DNA of 64,000 bases from a virus. The position numbers and the translations under genes are program-made. Every line of letters starts with the position of its first letter. Positions within the stretch are counted from its first letter, which is position 1. This document shows positions 45,525 to 54,922 of this stretch, one piece after another. Location of the stretch: the IMG/VR virus record IMGVR_UViG_3300029217_000180; one strand, written 5' to 3'. The notes under the pieces were generated by a model that had not been told where the DNA came from, did no database searches, and saw only the letters and a list, made by a program, of their open reading frames with translations.

Positions 45525-46517
45525 ATGGCACAGGGCACAGCAACATCATTCGCTGTTCCTAATTTTAGCGGAATGTTATTCGCTAAAGGGCAGCAGGCAA
45601 CACCGTTCTCTACTATGATTGGCGCAAGACCTCTTGTAACCAATCATGTAGAGTTTACTTGCGGTCAGGAGTACAACACAGAAACAGGCGAACAGCCTAA
45701 GATTTCTGAGACAGCATCCCTTACCGCTCCACAGCCGGAAATCGTAACCAGAAGTCAGCTTACCAATGTAACTCAGATCTTCCAGAAGTCCGTAGCGATT
45801 TCTTATGGAAAGCAGAGCAACATGGGTACACTGCAGGGCATCAACGTAGCCGGTCAGCAGGCAAATCCTATGGATGAACTTGCGTTCCAGGTATCTCGTA
45901 GAATGGCGAAGATCGCACAGGATATTGAGTACACTTTCATCAACGGTAAGTATGCGAAAGCTACTACTGATGCAGAGGCAAACCAGACCAGAGGACTTCT
46001 GACTGCGATTACAACCAACATACTCGATCTTGCAAAGAAACCTCTTACCTACTGGCTTGTAGCAGAGGGATTAAAGTCCATTCACGATCAGGGTGCAAAG
46101 ACAGACAATATCGTTCTCGGTGTAGATGCAACCACTATGTTGCAGCTCAACCTTGACGCTCAGCAGAACAACCTGACTATCGTTCCTCTCGGAAGAGAAG
46201 TAAACGGTATCAAGTTACAGACCGTAGTGACCCCTCTTGGAGAGGTAGCAGTCGCATTGTTCGATACCATGCCTGCCGGTACTGCCGTTCTGTTTGATCC
46301 GTCCATCATGGCCCCTGTTCATCAGATGGTTCCTGGTAAGGGTAATTTCTTCTTAGAGCAGCTTGCAAAGACAGGTGCAGGAGAAACTTATCAGATCTTC
46401 GGTCAGATCGGTCTGGATCACGGTCCTGAGTGGATGAGTGCGAAGTTTACTAATATTTCCACAGATCTTCCTAGCAAGATCACGGCAAGCGGTACAACGG
46501 GTACAGCGGGGGAATAA
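45525..46517 (+). CDS. major capsid protein (HK97 fold)
   Basis: 330 aa following scaffold, AAGGAGG RBS, typical MCP composition. Confidence 0.85.
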   Translation: MAQGTATSFAVPNFSGMLFAKGQQATPFSTMIGARPLVTNHVEFTCGQEYNTETGEQPKISETASLTAPQPEIVTRSQLTNVTQIFQKSVAISYGKQSNMGTLQGINVAGQQANPMDELAFQVSRRMAKIAQDIEYTFINGKYAKATTDAEANQTRGLLTAITTNILDLAKKPLTYWLVAEGLKSIHDQGAKTDNIVLGVDATTMLQLNLDAQQNNLTIVPLGREVNGIKLQTVVTPLGEVAVALFDTMPAGTAVLFDPSIMAPVHQMVPGKGNFFLEQLAKTGAGETYQIFGQIGLDHGPEWMSAKFTNISTDLPSKITASGTTGTAGE

Positions 46518-46758
46518 CAGGTCATACCCTTAACGGTAGTTCCGAGGTAGTTGATTCTTCTGAATCCACATCAACGGATGCGGATTCAGAAGAGACGGCT
46601 ACTGACAAGAAGTACACAGAGGAAGAACTTAACGCTCTGACAGTAGCACAGATTAAGGCTATCGCAGCGGAACGTGGGTATGACATGAAAGAAACCGTAA
46701 AAGCAAAGCTGATCGCAGAGTTTTTAACTCAGCAAGGGTAAGAAAGTGAGGACGGATT
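46509..46758 (+). other. -1-frame extension of MCP (81 codons, no start codon) reachable by -1 slip on GGGGG 46508-46512
   Basis: frame -1 relative to MCP open from inside MCP to TAA 46756-58; encodes ..EEELNALTVAQIKAIAAERGYDM.. HeH/Rho-N-like motif. Confidence 0.45.
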
Positions 46759-47124
46759 ATGGACGCTAAATTGTTGAAAGTCATTTTAGATGATGAAACT
46801 CTCACTGACGAACAGATTGCCGTCCTCCTTGTGAAAGCTCAGAAACAGGCTGCAAATCAACACTTTTGGGCGGATGATGATATTCCGACAGAGGCAGAGT
46901 TGGAGAGATTTTATAACCGGTATGAGTTTGAAATCTATGATTTGGCGAAAGCCATAAACTCTGATGATGCGAGGGGCGGACTTGTATCTCACACAGAGCT
47001 TGGAGTTACCCGGAACTGGGGACAGACAGGTAAGAAAGATATTGAGTTGGCCTTGGCAAAGATTCCACCCAAAACCTATGTAGGTCTGTTAAGGAGGGAT
47101 GGCAATGCCGAAGCTGAGACTTAA
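46759..47124 (+). CDS. head-tail connector/adaptor protein
   Basis: 121 aa directly after capsid gene. Confidence 0.5.
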   Translation: MDAKLLKVILDDETLTDEQIAVLLVKAQKQAANQHFWADDDIPTEAELERFYNRYEFEIYDLAKAINSDDARGGLVSHTELGVTRNWGQTGKKDIELALAKIPPKTYVGLLRRDGNAEAET

Positions 47125-47530
47125 AGACCTCAGATTAAACCAAGTCCCTTTTTATTACCAGACTTATGACGGAACGGTGGATGAAGTGGACGAGGATGGC
47201 AACCTTACCGGAGAGAGCATACCGAAGTATTCAAATCCGGTTCGTGTTCTTGCGAGAGTAAGCCCGAACTCAGGAAATGCCGAGGACTCTCCGTTTGGTA
47301 AAGATATTGTCTACGACAAGACCATATCAACCGTACAGAAATTGCCGATTGATGAATACTCAAAACTCTTCATAGATGTGGTTCCTATTCTCAACGAGGA
47401 CGGTTCCACAGATACAGAACCGGATTATATATGTGTCTGCCCGAAACATGATTTGCAACAGAATCTATGGGCGATACGGAAGATTAAGGGGAATATCCAT
47501 GCAGGACAAAATAACGATCAATCCCTTTGA
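47099..47530 (+). CDS. head-tail joining protein (hypothetical)
   Basis: 143-aa ORF in structural operon. Confidence 0.4.
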   Translation: MAMPKLRLKDLRLNQVPFYYQTYDGTVDEVDEDGNLTGESIPKYSNPVRVLARVSPNSGNAEDSPFGKDIVYDKTISTVQKLPIDEYSKLFIDVVPILNEDGSTDTEPDYICVCPKHDLQQNLWAIRKIKGNIHAGQNNDQSL

Positions 47531-48011
47531 CCCGGACAGCATAGATGAGGCCATTAAGAAGCTGGAAAAGCGGAAAGAACGTATACACAAATGCGCAGAG
47601 AAACTTATACAGAGGCTTACAGACCTCGGAGTTGAAAAGGCACAGGAGTTAGTTCCGGTTGATACCGGTACGGCAAGATCTTCCATTATCGGTTATCTGG
47701 ATGAGGCAGAGGGAGTTGGAATCATAAGTGCCGGAGGGTACTGCAAGTACATTGAGTTTGGTACTGGCGTAAAGGGTAGGGACAGTTCCCACCCAAGCGA
47801 AGAGTACAAGGCAATAATGAACTGGGCGTACAATTCCGGGGCAACAATCTTTACCACGAAAGACGGCAGAGAGGGTTGGTATTATCCGGCTGATGATGGC
47901 ACATGGCGATTTACAGAGGGTATGCCGTCAAGACCGTTTATGTATGAGACGGCACAATATCTGAGGAAAGAAGCACAAAAAATAGCAAGCGAGGTATTCA
48001 AGGATGGTTAA
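47499..48011 (+). CDS. HK97 gp10-family tail component
   Basis: LVPVDTGTARSSI motif typical of HK97_gp10 family; internal start MQDKITI. Confidence 0.6.
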   Translation: MQDKITINPFDPDSIDEAIKKLEKRKERIHKCAEKLIQRLTDLGVEKAQELVPVDTGTARSSIIGYLDEAEGVGIISAGGYCKYIEFGTGVKGRDSSHPSEEYKAIMNWAYNSGATIFTTKDGREGWYYPADDGTWRFTEGMPSRPFMYETAQYLRKEAQKIASEVFKDG

Positions 48012-48372
48012 GGACAATGTGAATTTGTATTTTACGAACCTCCTGAAAGACTTGCAGAAACAATATAGCAGTTTGAAAGGAGGACAGGTGTATAAAGCTA
48101 CACCACCGTCATTTCCCTATATGTATTTCAAACAGATAGGTGGAGACGGAGCATTATCCACACTTTCAAATACAGAGGACGGTATCAATCTTGGATTGGA
48201 AGTCAAATTCTACTCCAATAAATCCGCCTCAGAAGTGCGGAAGTTAGCAAATTCCGCAAGGGAATATATGGTAGGGATTGGATTTCATTGCGACTACTTC
48301 TCCCCTGTGGAGAATGTAAGCGATACTTCCATTTCACAATTCCTTACCCGGTTCTCAAAACTGGAAACATGA
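48004..48372 (+). CDS. tail completion protein (hypothetical)
   Basis: 122-aa ORF. Confidence 0.4.
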   Translation: MVKDNVNLYFTNLLKDLQKQYSSLKGGQVYKATPPSFPYMYFKQIGGDGALSTLSNTEDGINLGLEVKFYSNKSASEVRKLANSAREYMVGIGFHCDYFSPVENVSDTSISQFLTRFSKLET

Positions 48373-48490
48373 TTAACTCCATCGGCTAGGGTCGCTCCCG
48401 AAAAGCACTCGCCTGGTGTCTGCCGGTGGTTTTAATAAATTCAAGGCTTTACCTCTTAGGCAAAGGAAAACACAAGGAGGTAGAACGAAG

Positions 48491-48907
48491 ATGGCAAAAT
48501 GTACGAACGTCACTTATCTGATGAAGAAAAAGGATGGCGATGCCACATTTGAAAAACTGCTCGACATTACAGAGTACCCGGATCTCGGTGGAGAAAAGGA
48601 AAAACTCGATGTAACCACTCTTTCTGATAAAAAGAAGAGAACCATCAACGGTATTGAAGATACCGGAGATCTTAATTTCAAGGCATGGTACGAGTTAGCA
48701 GATTACAAGAAGTTACTTGCCATCCAGGAGTCCGGCAAGGTTGAAACCTACCAGATCTGGTTTGGAGAAGAGGGTGTTGACGGTAAGTGGGAGTGGTCCG
48801 GTGTTATGGCGGTATATCCGAACAGCGGTGCTTCAAACAACGCAAGAGAGATGTCGTTCTCTATCACTGATGAGGGCGAAGAGGCACTTCATTTTGTAAC
48901 TGAGTAA
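48491..48907 (+). CDS. major tail protein
   Basis: ~139 aa, precedes chaperone pair and TMP; CAAGGAGG RBS before MAKCTNV. Confidence 0.55.
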   Translation: MAKCTNVTYLMKKKDGDATFEKLLDITEYPDLGGEKEKLDVTTLSDKKKRTINGIEDTGDLNFKAWYELADYKKLLAIQESGKVETYQIWFGEEGVDGKWEWSGVMAVYPNSGASNNAREMSFSITDEGEEALHFVTE

Positions 48908-48983
48908 TTAAAGTAACTTAGTGGCAGGGGATTATTCCTCTGCCACATAAATAGGACAGATTAACGAAAGGACGGTTAATAAT

Positions 48984-49337
48984 ATGATTTTACAGACGGC
49001 GAATGGACCCAAGGAAATTAAAGTAGCAGAACTTGATTTTACAAACATTATGTGTGATCTGGAAGATCACGATGTAGATGTCATGGGACTTCTGGATGAT
49101 GATACCAGAGAGAACATGAAGATTTTTAAGACAATCAGAGCAATCATCGCGGTATTGACCGGTACAAAGGATCTTACTACAGCCGGGAAGATTTTAAGCG
49201 AACATCTCAAATATGGCGGATCTATGGATGAAGTCATGGGGGCGTTTACGGAGGTAATGAAAACCGCGGGTTTTGGCGAGGAAGCCGAGGAAACTCCGAA
49301 GAACAGCGGAAAGAAAACCAAGGCGGCAACAGAGTAG
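48984..49337 (+). CDS. tail assembly chaperone
   Basis: 117 aa acidic protein immediately before TMP with overlapping -1 frame ORF. Confidence 0.55.
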   Translation: MILQTANGPKEIKVAELDFTNIMCDLEDHDVDVMGLLDDDTRENMKIFKTIRAIIAVLTGTKDLTTAGKILSEHLKYGGSMDEVMGAFTEVMKTAGFGEEAEETPKNSGKKTKAATE

Positions 49338-49720
49338 AGGAAATAGATCTCAGCAAATACAAATCGTTTACTGAGATTATCAATAAAGTTTGGCTTCCAA
49401 ACGCTCTTCTCTATGGGGTTTCCTATGATACTTTCTGGAAACTGAACCCTAAAAAATTAGAACCATTCCAAAAGAAGAGAGAGATGGAGGCAAAAGAGCA
49501 GGCTACGGCAATAGATACATTGGCGTGGTCCGTTGGTTCGTATGTCGTAGATGCCATGGCGATATTCCTTGACAAAAATTCTCCGGCATACCCAAGCCAA
49601 CCGAGAAGCATGAACAGCACAGAGAGCGCACCGCCGGGAGCAAAAATGACGGATGCAGACAGATTCGCTGCCTTTGCCGCAGAACATAATAAGCGATTGA
49701 GACAGCGAAGAGAAAAGTAG
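49238..49720 (+). other. -1-frame extension of tail chaperone (gpGT-like fusion) reachable at GGGGG 49238-49242
   Basis: frame -1 open from 49232 through 49720, no RBS/start of its own until late; canonical position for tail-chaperone frameshift. Confidence 0.45.
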
Positions 49721-49846
49721 CTGATTACATGGGGATAGGTTGACGAACCGAAACGGCGCAAGTCCGGCGCAGTTCCCCATGTTTTCTTATATTCGGACAA
49801 AACAATACCACCCACGGACAGGGTTTCAACGAAGTGAGGTGGCAAA

Positions 49847-52800
49847 ATGCCTGATAACAGAGTAGATAGCATTTTATTGGAAATAGAAGCCACCACTGAT
49901 AAGGCAGACGGTGGTATTGATAAAGTAACAAAAGCTCTTACCTCAATGAAGAAAATCACTGAGGGATTAGATACAGAAAAGTTAAAACAGATTCTTGATG
50001 TAATGCGTGGTTTCTCCGGCGTTGGAGATGATCTTAAAAATGCCGGAAGTGGCATGAGAAACATTGCATCATCCATTAAGTCTCTGTCAGGAGTTGATAC
50101 GGCAAAACTGAAAGAGGTTGCGGCTACCGTAAAGGAAGTCAGCACAGCACTTGGAAACCTCGGATCAAATAACCGTGTCAGTATCAGAATTGATTCTGAG
50201 GGCGCACAGAGACGTGTACAGCCTTTGGAGAACGGTCAGCAAGCAGCAGCAGCCACAGAAAACGTTGCGACCGCATCAGAAGAGGCACAGGCAGCAATGA
50301 ACGGTGCTGCATCAGCGGCAAGTCAGTTGGCGCAGGAGGAAAGTAACCTCGGAACCGCCGGGCAGAGTGCAGCAGCCGGACAGACAAACTTAAACGAAAG
50401 TCTCAATCAGGCAAACACAAATCCGGCTAATAGACGTATTCAGGAACTCATAGACCAGATCAATAAGTACAAAGCCACTGTTAGCGGTATGGAGAGTGGG
50501 AAGATACGGTTTGATACCGGTCAGTATGAAGAAGCTGTGAATGGTCTCAGACAGGCTCAGGAACAGTTTAAGCAGTTCAAGGAAACGGTTTCACAGTCTC
50601 CTAAGAATATGGAGGATGTGGCAAAGTCCATTAAGTCCATAGGGGATGCCGCACAGAAATGCGGACTTGGAACTTTTTCTTCTATATTAAGTGGAATTGC
50701 ATCAATTCTTCCGGCCATTGAAACCGGGGGCATGGCGGCAAATGCCGGATTCCAGTCTATGGCAGTTGGATTGGAAGCAGTACAGTCGGCAATTCCTATT
50801 ATCGGTATCATACTGACAATACTCACTGCCATTATCAATGCCGTAAGACAGGTAGCAAATGCCGTAAAGAATGAGGTGCAAAAAATAATTTCTGCCGTGA
50901 AAACGGTAGTGAATAAAATCCGTTCTGGGATTGCTGCAATTATAAACAAATTCAAGGAACTCAAAAAGCGTATCAGAGAGAGCCTTGGTTTTTCTGAAAA
51001 ACAGAGTGGAGCGTTTGCAAAGAAACTGGGTTCCATCCTCCGACTTGGAACATTCATGTTACTGCGCTCAATGTTTACACACCTATTTGAACTCGTAAAA
51101 ACAGGATTCGACAACCTTGTTATTTATTCAAAAAGAGCCGGAACAGAGTTTCACAAAAACGTAAATCTTCTTTATAACGATTTACGTCAGCTTGGAGCAT
51201 CACTGACAACTGCATTTGAACCAATCCTGAATGTGGTTACTCCAATTCTGGATTATCTGATTCAGAAGCTCGTTGCAGCAACAAACGCGTTGGCACAGTT
51301 CTTCTCAGCACTTACAGGCAAGAAGTTCTACACCAAGGCAATACGACAGAACAAAGATTATACAGATTCTTTAAATAGCGCAGCAAAGGCGGCAAAGAAC
51401 CTTACCACCGGCATAGATGAGCTTAATATCCTGAGTGACGATAAAAGCGGCAGCGGCAGCAACAGCGGAGCTGATGGAAGCGGATATGAGACAGATGCGG
51501 TAGCTGATAAGTACAAAGACCTTGCGGAAATGGTTAAGGACGCATGGGCGGATGCTGATTTCACAGAGATAGGAAGAATGTTCGGAGAGAAGCTAAAAGA
51601 AGCTCTCGAAAACATTCCGTGGGATGGAATTAAGGCAACACTGAGAAAGATCGCCAAGAGTATCGCCACATTCCTGAATGGTTTCCTTGAAACCCCGGGA
51701 TTATTTACAGAAATCGGAGTAACCATAGCACAGGCAATCAACTCAGCGTTTGAGTTTGTTGATTCATTCGTTGAGAACTTCCACTGGAGCAGTCTTGGAA
51801 CAGCCATTGCGGATCTTATCATAGGTGCATTAGATACTCTGGATTGGACTCTGATAAATAAGACTGCAAAGGGGTTGGCACAAGGCATTGTTGATGCAAT
51901 CAACGCTGCCCTGCAGACAGAGGACCTTTGGAAGAAAATCGGCACTGCAATTTCCAATACGATAAACTCAGCAATCACTTTTGCAAAAACATTTGTCAAA
52001 GGGTTGGACTGGGCTTCACTTGGAACTGCAATCGGAAATCTTCTCGGCAATGCGATCGCCGGAATTGACTATGACGGAATCGGAGAAACATTTGCCGGTT
52101 TCGTGAATGGGGTATTTACCGCCGTACTGAATTTCTCAAAGACATTTCCGTGGACGGACATCGCAAAGAACTTTGCAAGCGGTGTCAATACGGCACTGAA
52201 AAACATCGACTGGAAAACAGTTAAGGACGGCTTCGATAGTTTCTGTTCTGGACTTGGTTCAAACCTCAATACGGCAATCACAAACATTGACTGGGAACTT
52301 GTCGGAACGACACTCGGAAACAGCATCAAGACACTTTTCAGTGGTATTGGAAAATTCCTTGCAAAGATTGATTTCAAGAAAATCGGTAGTGACTTTGCGA
52401 GTGCAATTAACAAAGCCGTAAAAACCATCAACTGGAAAGATGCAGGAGGTACAATCAATTCCCTCATCACTGGTGTATGCACACTGATTAACACTTTGAT
52501 AGATGAGGTAGATTGGTACGAACTTCTAAAGGGCGTAGGAACGGCAATGTCCGAGATTGACTGGGACACAATTCTCAAAACAGTATTTAAGGTATTTGCA
52601 GCCAAGTGGACGTTCAAGAATTTGTTCAAATGGGTATCATGGACCGCCATTTGGAACGAACTGAAAACAAGCGTTGTTGAGGGAATATCAAAGAAGTTCG
52701 GAATTGGATCTGATGATGGAGAAATAAATACTGTCGGAGAGAAAATAGTCAGTGGTTTGCTTGGTGGAATATCTAAATCCCTTTTGCCAGCACCATTGCA

Positions 52801-54532
52801 GACAACGTTGAGTTGTTTCGGAAATGTGACGGATGTTGTCAAAGGAATATTTGGCATAGGTGGTTCATCCGATTCAACCGTATTCAGCACACTTGGAAGC
52901 AATCTTGTCACTGCTTTCAATGGAGGCATCGGGAAGAAATTCTCAGACTGTCAAGCAAAAGTTACGGAGTGGGCTGAAAAGATCAATGACTGGTTCTCAG
53001 GTACGAACTTTGGAAAGATTTGCAAAGAGACTTGGGAAACTCACGGTCAGAACATCATAACCGGCTTTAAGGACAAGATAGGCAATGCTTACACCACCAC
53101 AAAAGACAGCATCACGACTTGGGCTACTAAGGCCAAAGAGTGGTTCAACAATTCATCATTTGGTGGAGTCAACATGGAAACATGGACCGGATATGCAAAT
53201 GACATTATCTCCGGTTTCAAGACAAAGGTGGGAAATGCCTATACACAGACCAAGGACAACATTACCACATGGGCCTCAAAGGCAAAGGAATGGTTTAATA
53301 GTTCTTCATTCGGCGGAGTGAATAACGGTACATGGACCACCTACGCAAATGATATTATCACTGGTTTCAAAACAAAGGTGGGTAACACATACACCACCAC
53401 AAAAGATAACATCACAACCTGGGCGAGCAAAGTTAAGGAATGGTATACGAGCAGCGGCTTTGGAAACATCAATAGCAATACTTGGCAGACCTACGCAAAC
53501 AATATCATTTCCGGATTCCGGGAAAAGGTTGGAAACACCTATACCACCACAAAGAACAACATTACTACTTGGGCGAGTAGCCTGAAAGATTGGTTTTCTG
53601 GATCTTCATTCGGAAATATCAACAATGCCACATGGACCACTTATGCAGGAAATATCATAACTGGTTTCAGAAACAAAATCGGACTGTCATACACAGATAC
53701 GAAAAGTAATATCACAACATGGGCGTCAAACCTCAAAACATGGTTCTCTGATAGTGGTTTTGGAGGCATCAATAGCTCTAAGTGGAGCACCTATGCAGAG
53801 AATATTATTTCCGGCTTCAAAACGAAAATCGGAAACAGTTATACGACTTGTAAGAGCAACATTACAACATGGGCTTCTAATGTAAAAACGTGGTTCACAA
53901 ATACCTGTTCTTATGACAAGTGGTATGACATTGCAAAAAATGTGGTAGATGGTTTTAAGAACGGTATAGGAAATCTGTATTCCACCTGCAAGAACAACAT
54001 TGAATCATGGGGCAGCAGTATTATCTCATGGTTCAAGGACAAGTTGGATATAAACTCTCCGTCAAGGGTATTCCGGCAGTTAGGTGTGTATTCCGTAGAG
54101 GGATATAACGAGGGAATCGAAAAAGAGGGAGCGAAAACAAAAGGATTTGTAACATCCTGGACGGATTCGTTCTCAAACATGGAAGTGAACCTCGGCACAC
54201 GTCTGAAAATCGACAATGCTGCATTGAAAGATTACCAGAACAACTACGGCAGTGATTTCACGAATGAAGCCATTGTGCAGAGAGTTACGAGAGAGGTTTC
54301 CACACGAGGAACTGTACAGGCTACCCTCAATTCCGGCGGCGGGCTGAAAGACGCTATAAAAGAGGCCTTAGATGATCTGGGTATCACAACCGCTGTGAAT
54401 GATATTTCAAGAAACACAAAGACACAGGCCGACAAGAAAGAACAGACGATTGTTGAGATTGGCGGCAAGACAGTAACGGATGCAGTAACCACACAGCGTA
54501 ATGCGAACGGTTACAGCTTCCAAGGAGCGTAA
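49847..54532 (+). CDS. tape measure protein
   Basis: 1561 aa, coiled-coil/TM-like segments, internal tandem repeats, follows chaperone. Confidence 0.85.
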   Translation: MPDNRVDSILLEIEATTDKADGGIDKVTKALTSMKKITEGLDTEKLKQILDVMRGFSGVGDDLKNAGSGMRNIASSIKSLSGVDTAKLKEVAATVKEVSTALGNLGSNNRVSIRIDSEGAQRRVQPLENGQQAAAATENVATASEEAQAAMNGAASAASQLAQEESNLGTAGQSAAAGQTNLNESLNQANTNPANRRIQELIDQINKYKATVSGMESGKIRFDTGQYEEAVNGLRQAQEQFKQFKETVSQSPKNMEDVAKSIKSIGDAAQKCGLGTFSSILSGIASILPAIETGGMAANAGFQSMAVGLEAVQSAIPIIGIILTILTAIINAVRQVANAVKNEVQKIISAVKTVVNKIRSGIAAIINKFKELKKRIRESLGFSEKQSGAFAKKLGSILRLGTFMLLRSMFTHLFELVKTGFDNLVIYSKRAGTEFHKNVNLLYNDLRQLGASLTTAFEPILNVVTPILDYLIQKLVAATNALAQFFSALTGKKFYTKAIRQNKDYTDSLNSAAKAAKNLTTGIDELNILSDDKSGSGSNSGADGSGYETDAVADKYKDLAEMVKDAWADADFTEIGRMFGEKLKEALENIPWDGIKATLRKIAKSIATFLNGFLETPGLFTEIGVTIAQAINSAFEFVDSFVENFHWSSLGTAIADLIIGALDTLDWTLINKTAKGLAQGIVDAINAALQTEDLWKKIGTAISNTINSAITFAKTFVKGLDWASLGTAIGNLLGNAIAGIDYDGIGETFAGFVNGVFTAVLNFSKTFPWTDIAKNFASGVNTALKNIDWKTVKDGFDSFCSGLGSNLNTAITNIDWELVGTTLGNSIKTLFSGIGKFLAKIDFKKIGSDFASAINKAVKTINWKDAGGTINSLITGVCTLINTLIDEVDWYELLKGVGTAMSEIDWDTILKTVFKVFAAKWTFKNLFKWVSWTAIWNELKTSVVEGISKKFGIGSDDGEINTVGEKIVSGLLGGISKSLLPAPLQTTLSCFGNVTDVVKGIFGIGGSSDSTVFSTLGSNLVTAFNGGIGKKFSDCQAKVTEWAEKINDWFSGTNFGKICKETWETHGQNIITGFKDKIGNAYTTTKDSITTWATKAKEWFNNSSFGGVNMETWTGYANDIISGFKTKVGNAYTQTKDNITTWASKAKEWFNSSSFGGVNNGTWTTYANDIITGFKTKVGNTYTTTKDNITTWASKVKEWYTSSGFGNINSNTWQTYANNIISGFREKVGNTYTTTKNNITTWASSLKDWFSGSSFGNINNATWTTYAGNIITGFRNKIGLSYTDTKSNITTWASNLKTWFSDSGFGGINSSKWSTYAENIISGFKTKIGNSYTTCKSNITTWASNVKTWFTNTCSYDKWYDIAKNVVDGFKNGIGNLYSTCKNNIESWGSSIISWFKDKLDINSPSRVFRQLGVYSVEGYNEGIEKEGAKTKGFVTSWTDSFSNMEVNLGTRLKIDNAALKDYQNNYGSDFTNEAIVQRVTREVSTRGTVQATLNSGGGLKDAIKEALDDLGITTAVNDISRNTKTQADKKEQTIVEIGGKTVTDAVTTQRNANGYSFQGA
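53040..53960 (+). repeat. ~8 tandem ~120-nt (40-aa) repeats inside TMP gene
   Basis: repeated GN.YT.TKDNITTWASK.KEWF..SSFGG.N..TW.TYANDII.GFK.KV units. Confidence 0.6.
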
Positions 54533-54546
54533 AGGAGGGATAGGGA

Positions 54547-54918
54547 ATGGCTTATATATCAGTTAATGGTTATGACTTCCCACCTCCGAAGCGTGGGGCA
54601 AAACCAACAGTATCTACCATGGTGGATGCCGGAAGAAATGCCAACGGCACGGTCGTAGGGCAGAGGGTTGGTCGGGATCAATACAAACTCGACACCCTCG
54701 AATGGCCGTGGCTTACAGCAGCAGAATGGAGCCGGATGCTTACGGTGCTGAGTGCATTTTTCGTATATGTCACGTTCCCGGATCCGGTAACAATGAAGAA
54801 AATCACGATTAAGATGTACCCCGGAGATAGAACGGCGGAACCGTACTGGATAGATTCAGACGGAAATCCAATTACCTATCAGAGTTGCAAAGTAAACCTT
54901 ATTGATTGCGGAGAGTGA
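54547..54918 (+). CDS. hypothetical tail protein
   Basis: 123-aa ORF after TMP. Confidence 0.4.
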   Translation: MAYISVNGYDFPPPKRGAKPTVSTMVDAGRNANGTVVGQRVGRDQYKLDTLEWPWLTAAEWSRMLTVLSAFFVYVTFPDPVTMKKITIKMYPGDRTAEPYWIDSDGNPITYQSCKVNLIDCGE

Positions 54919-54922
54919 TGGT

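Noticed and set aside
50557-52929. Long minus-strand ORFs (185-286 aa) inside the tape measure gene
   Set aside because: They are antisense frames of a highly repetitive, codon-biased gene. Their Ser/Pro/Phe-rich products lack starts with an RBS.
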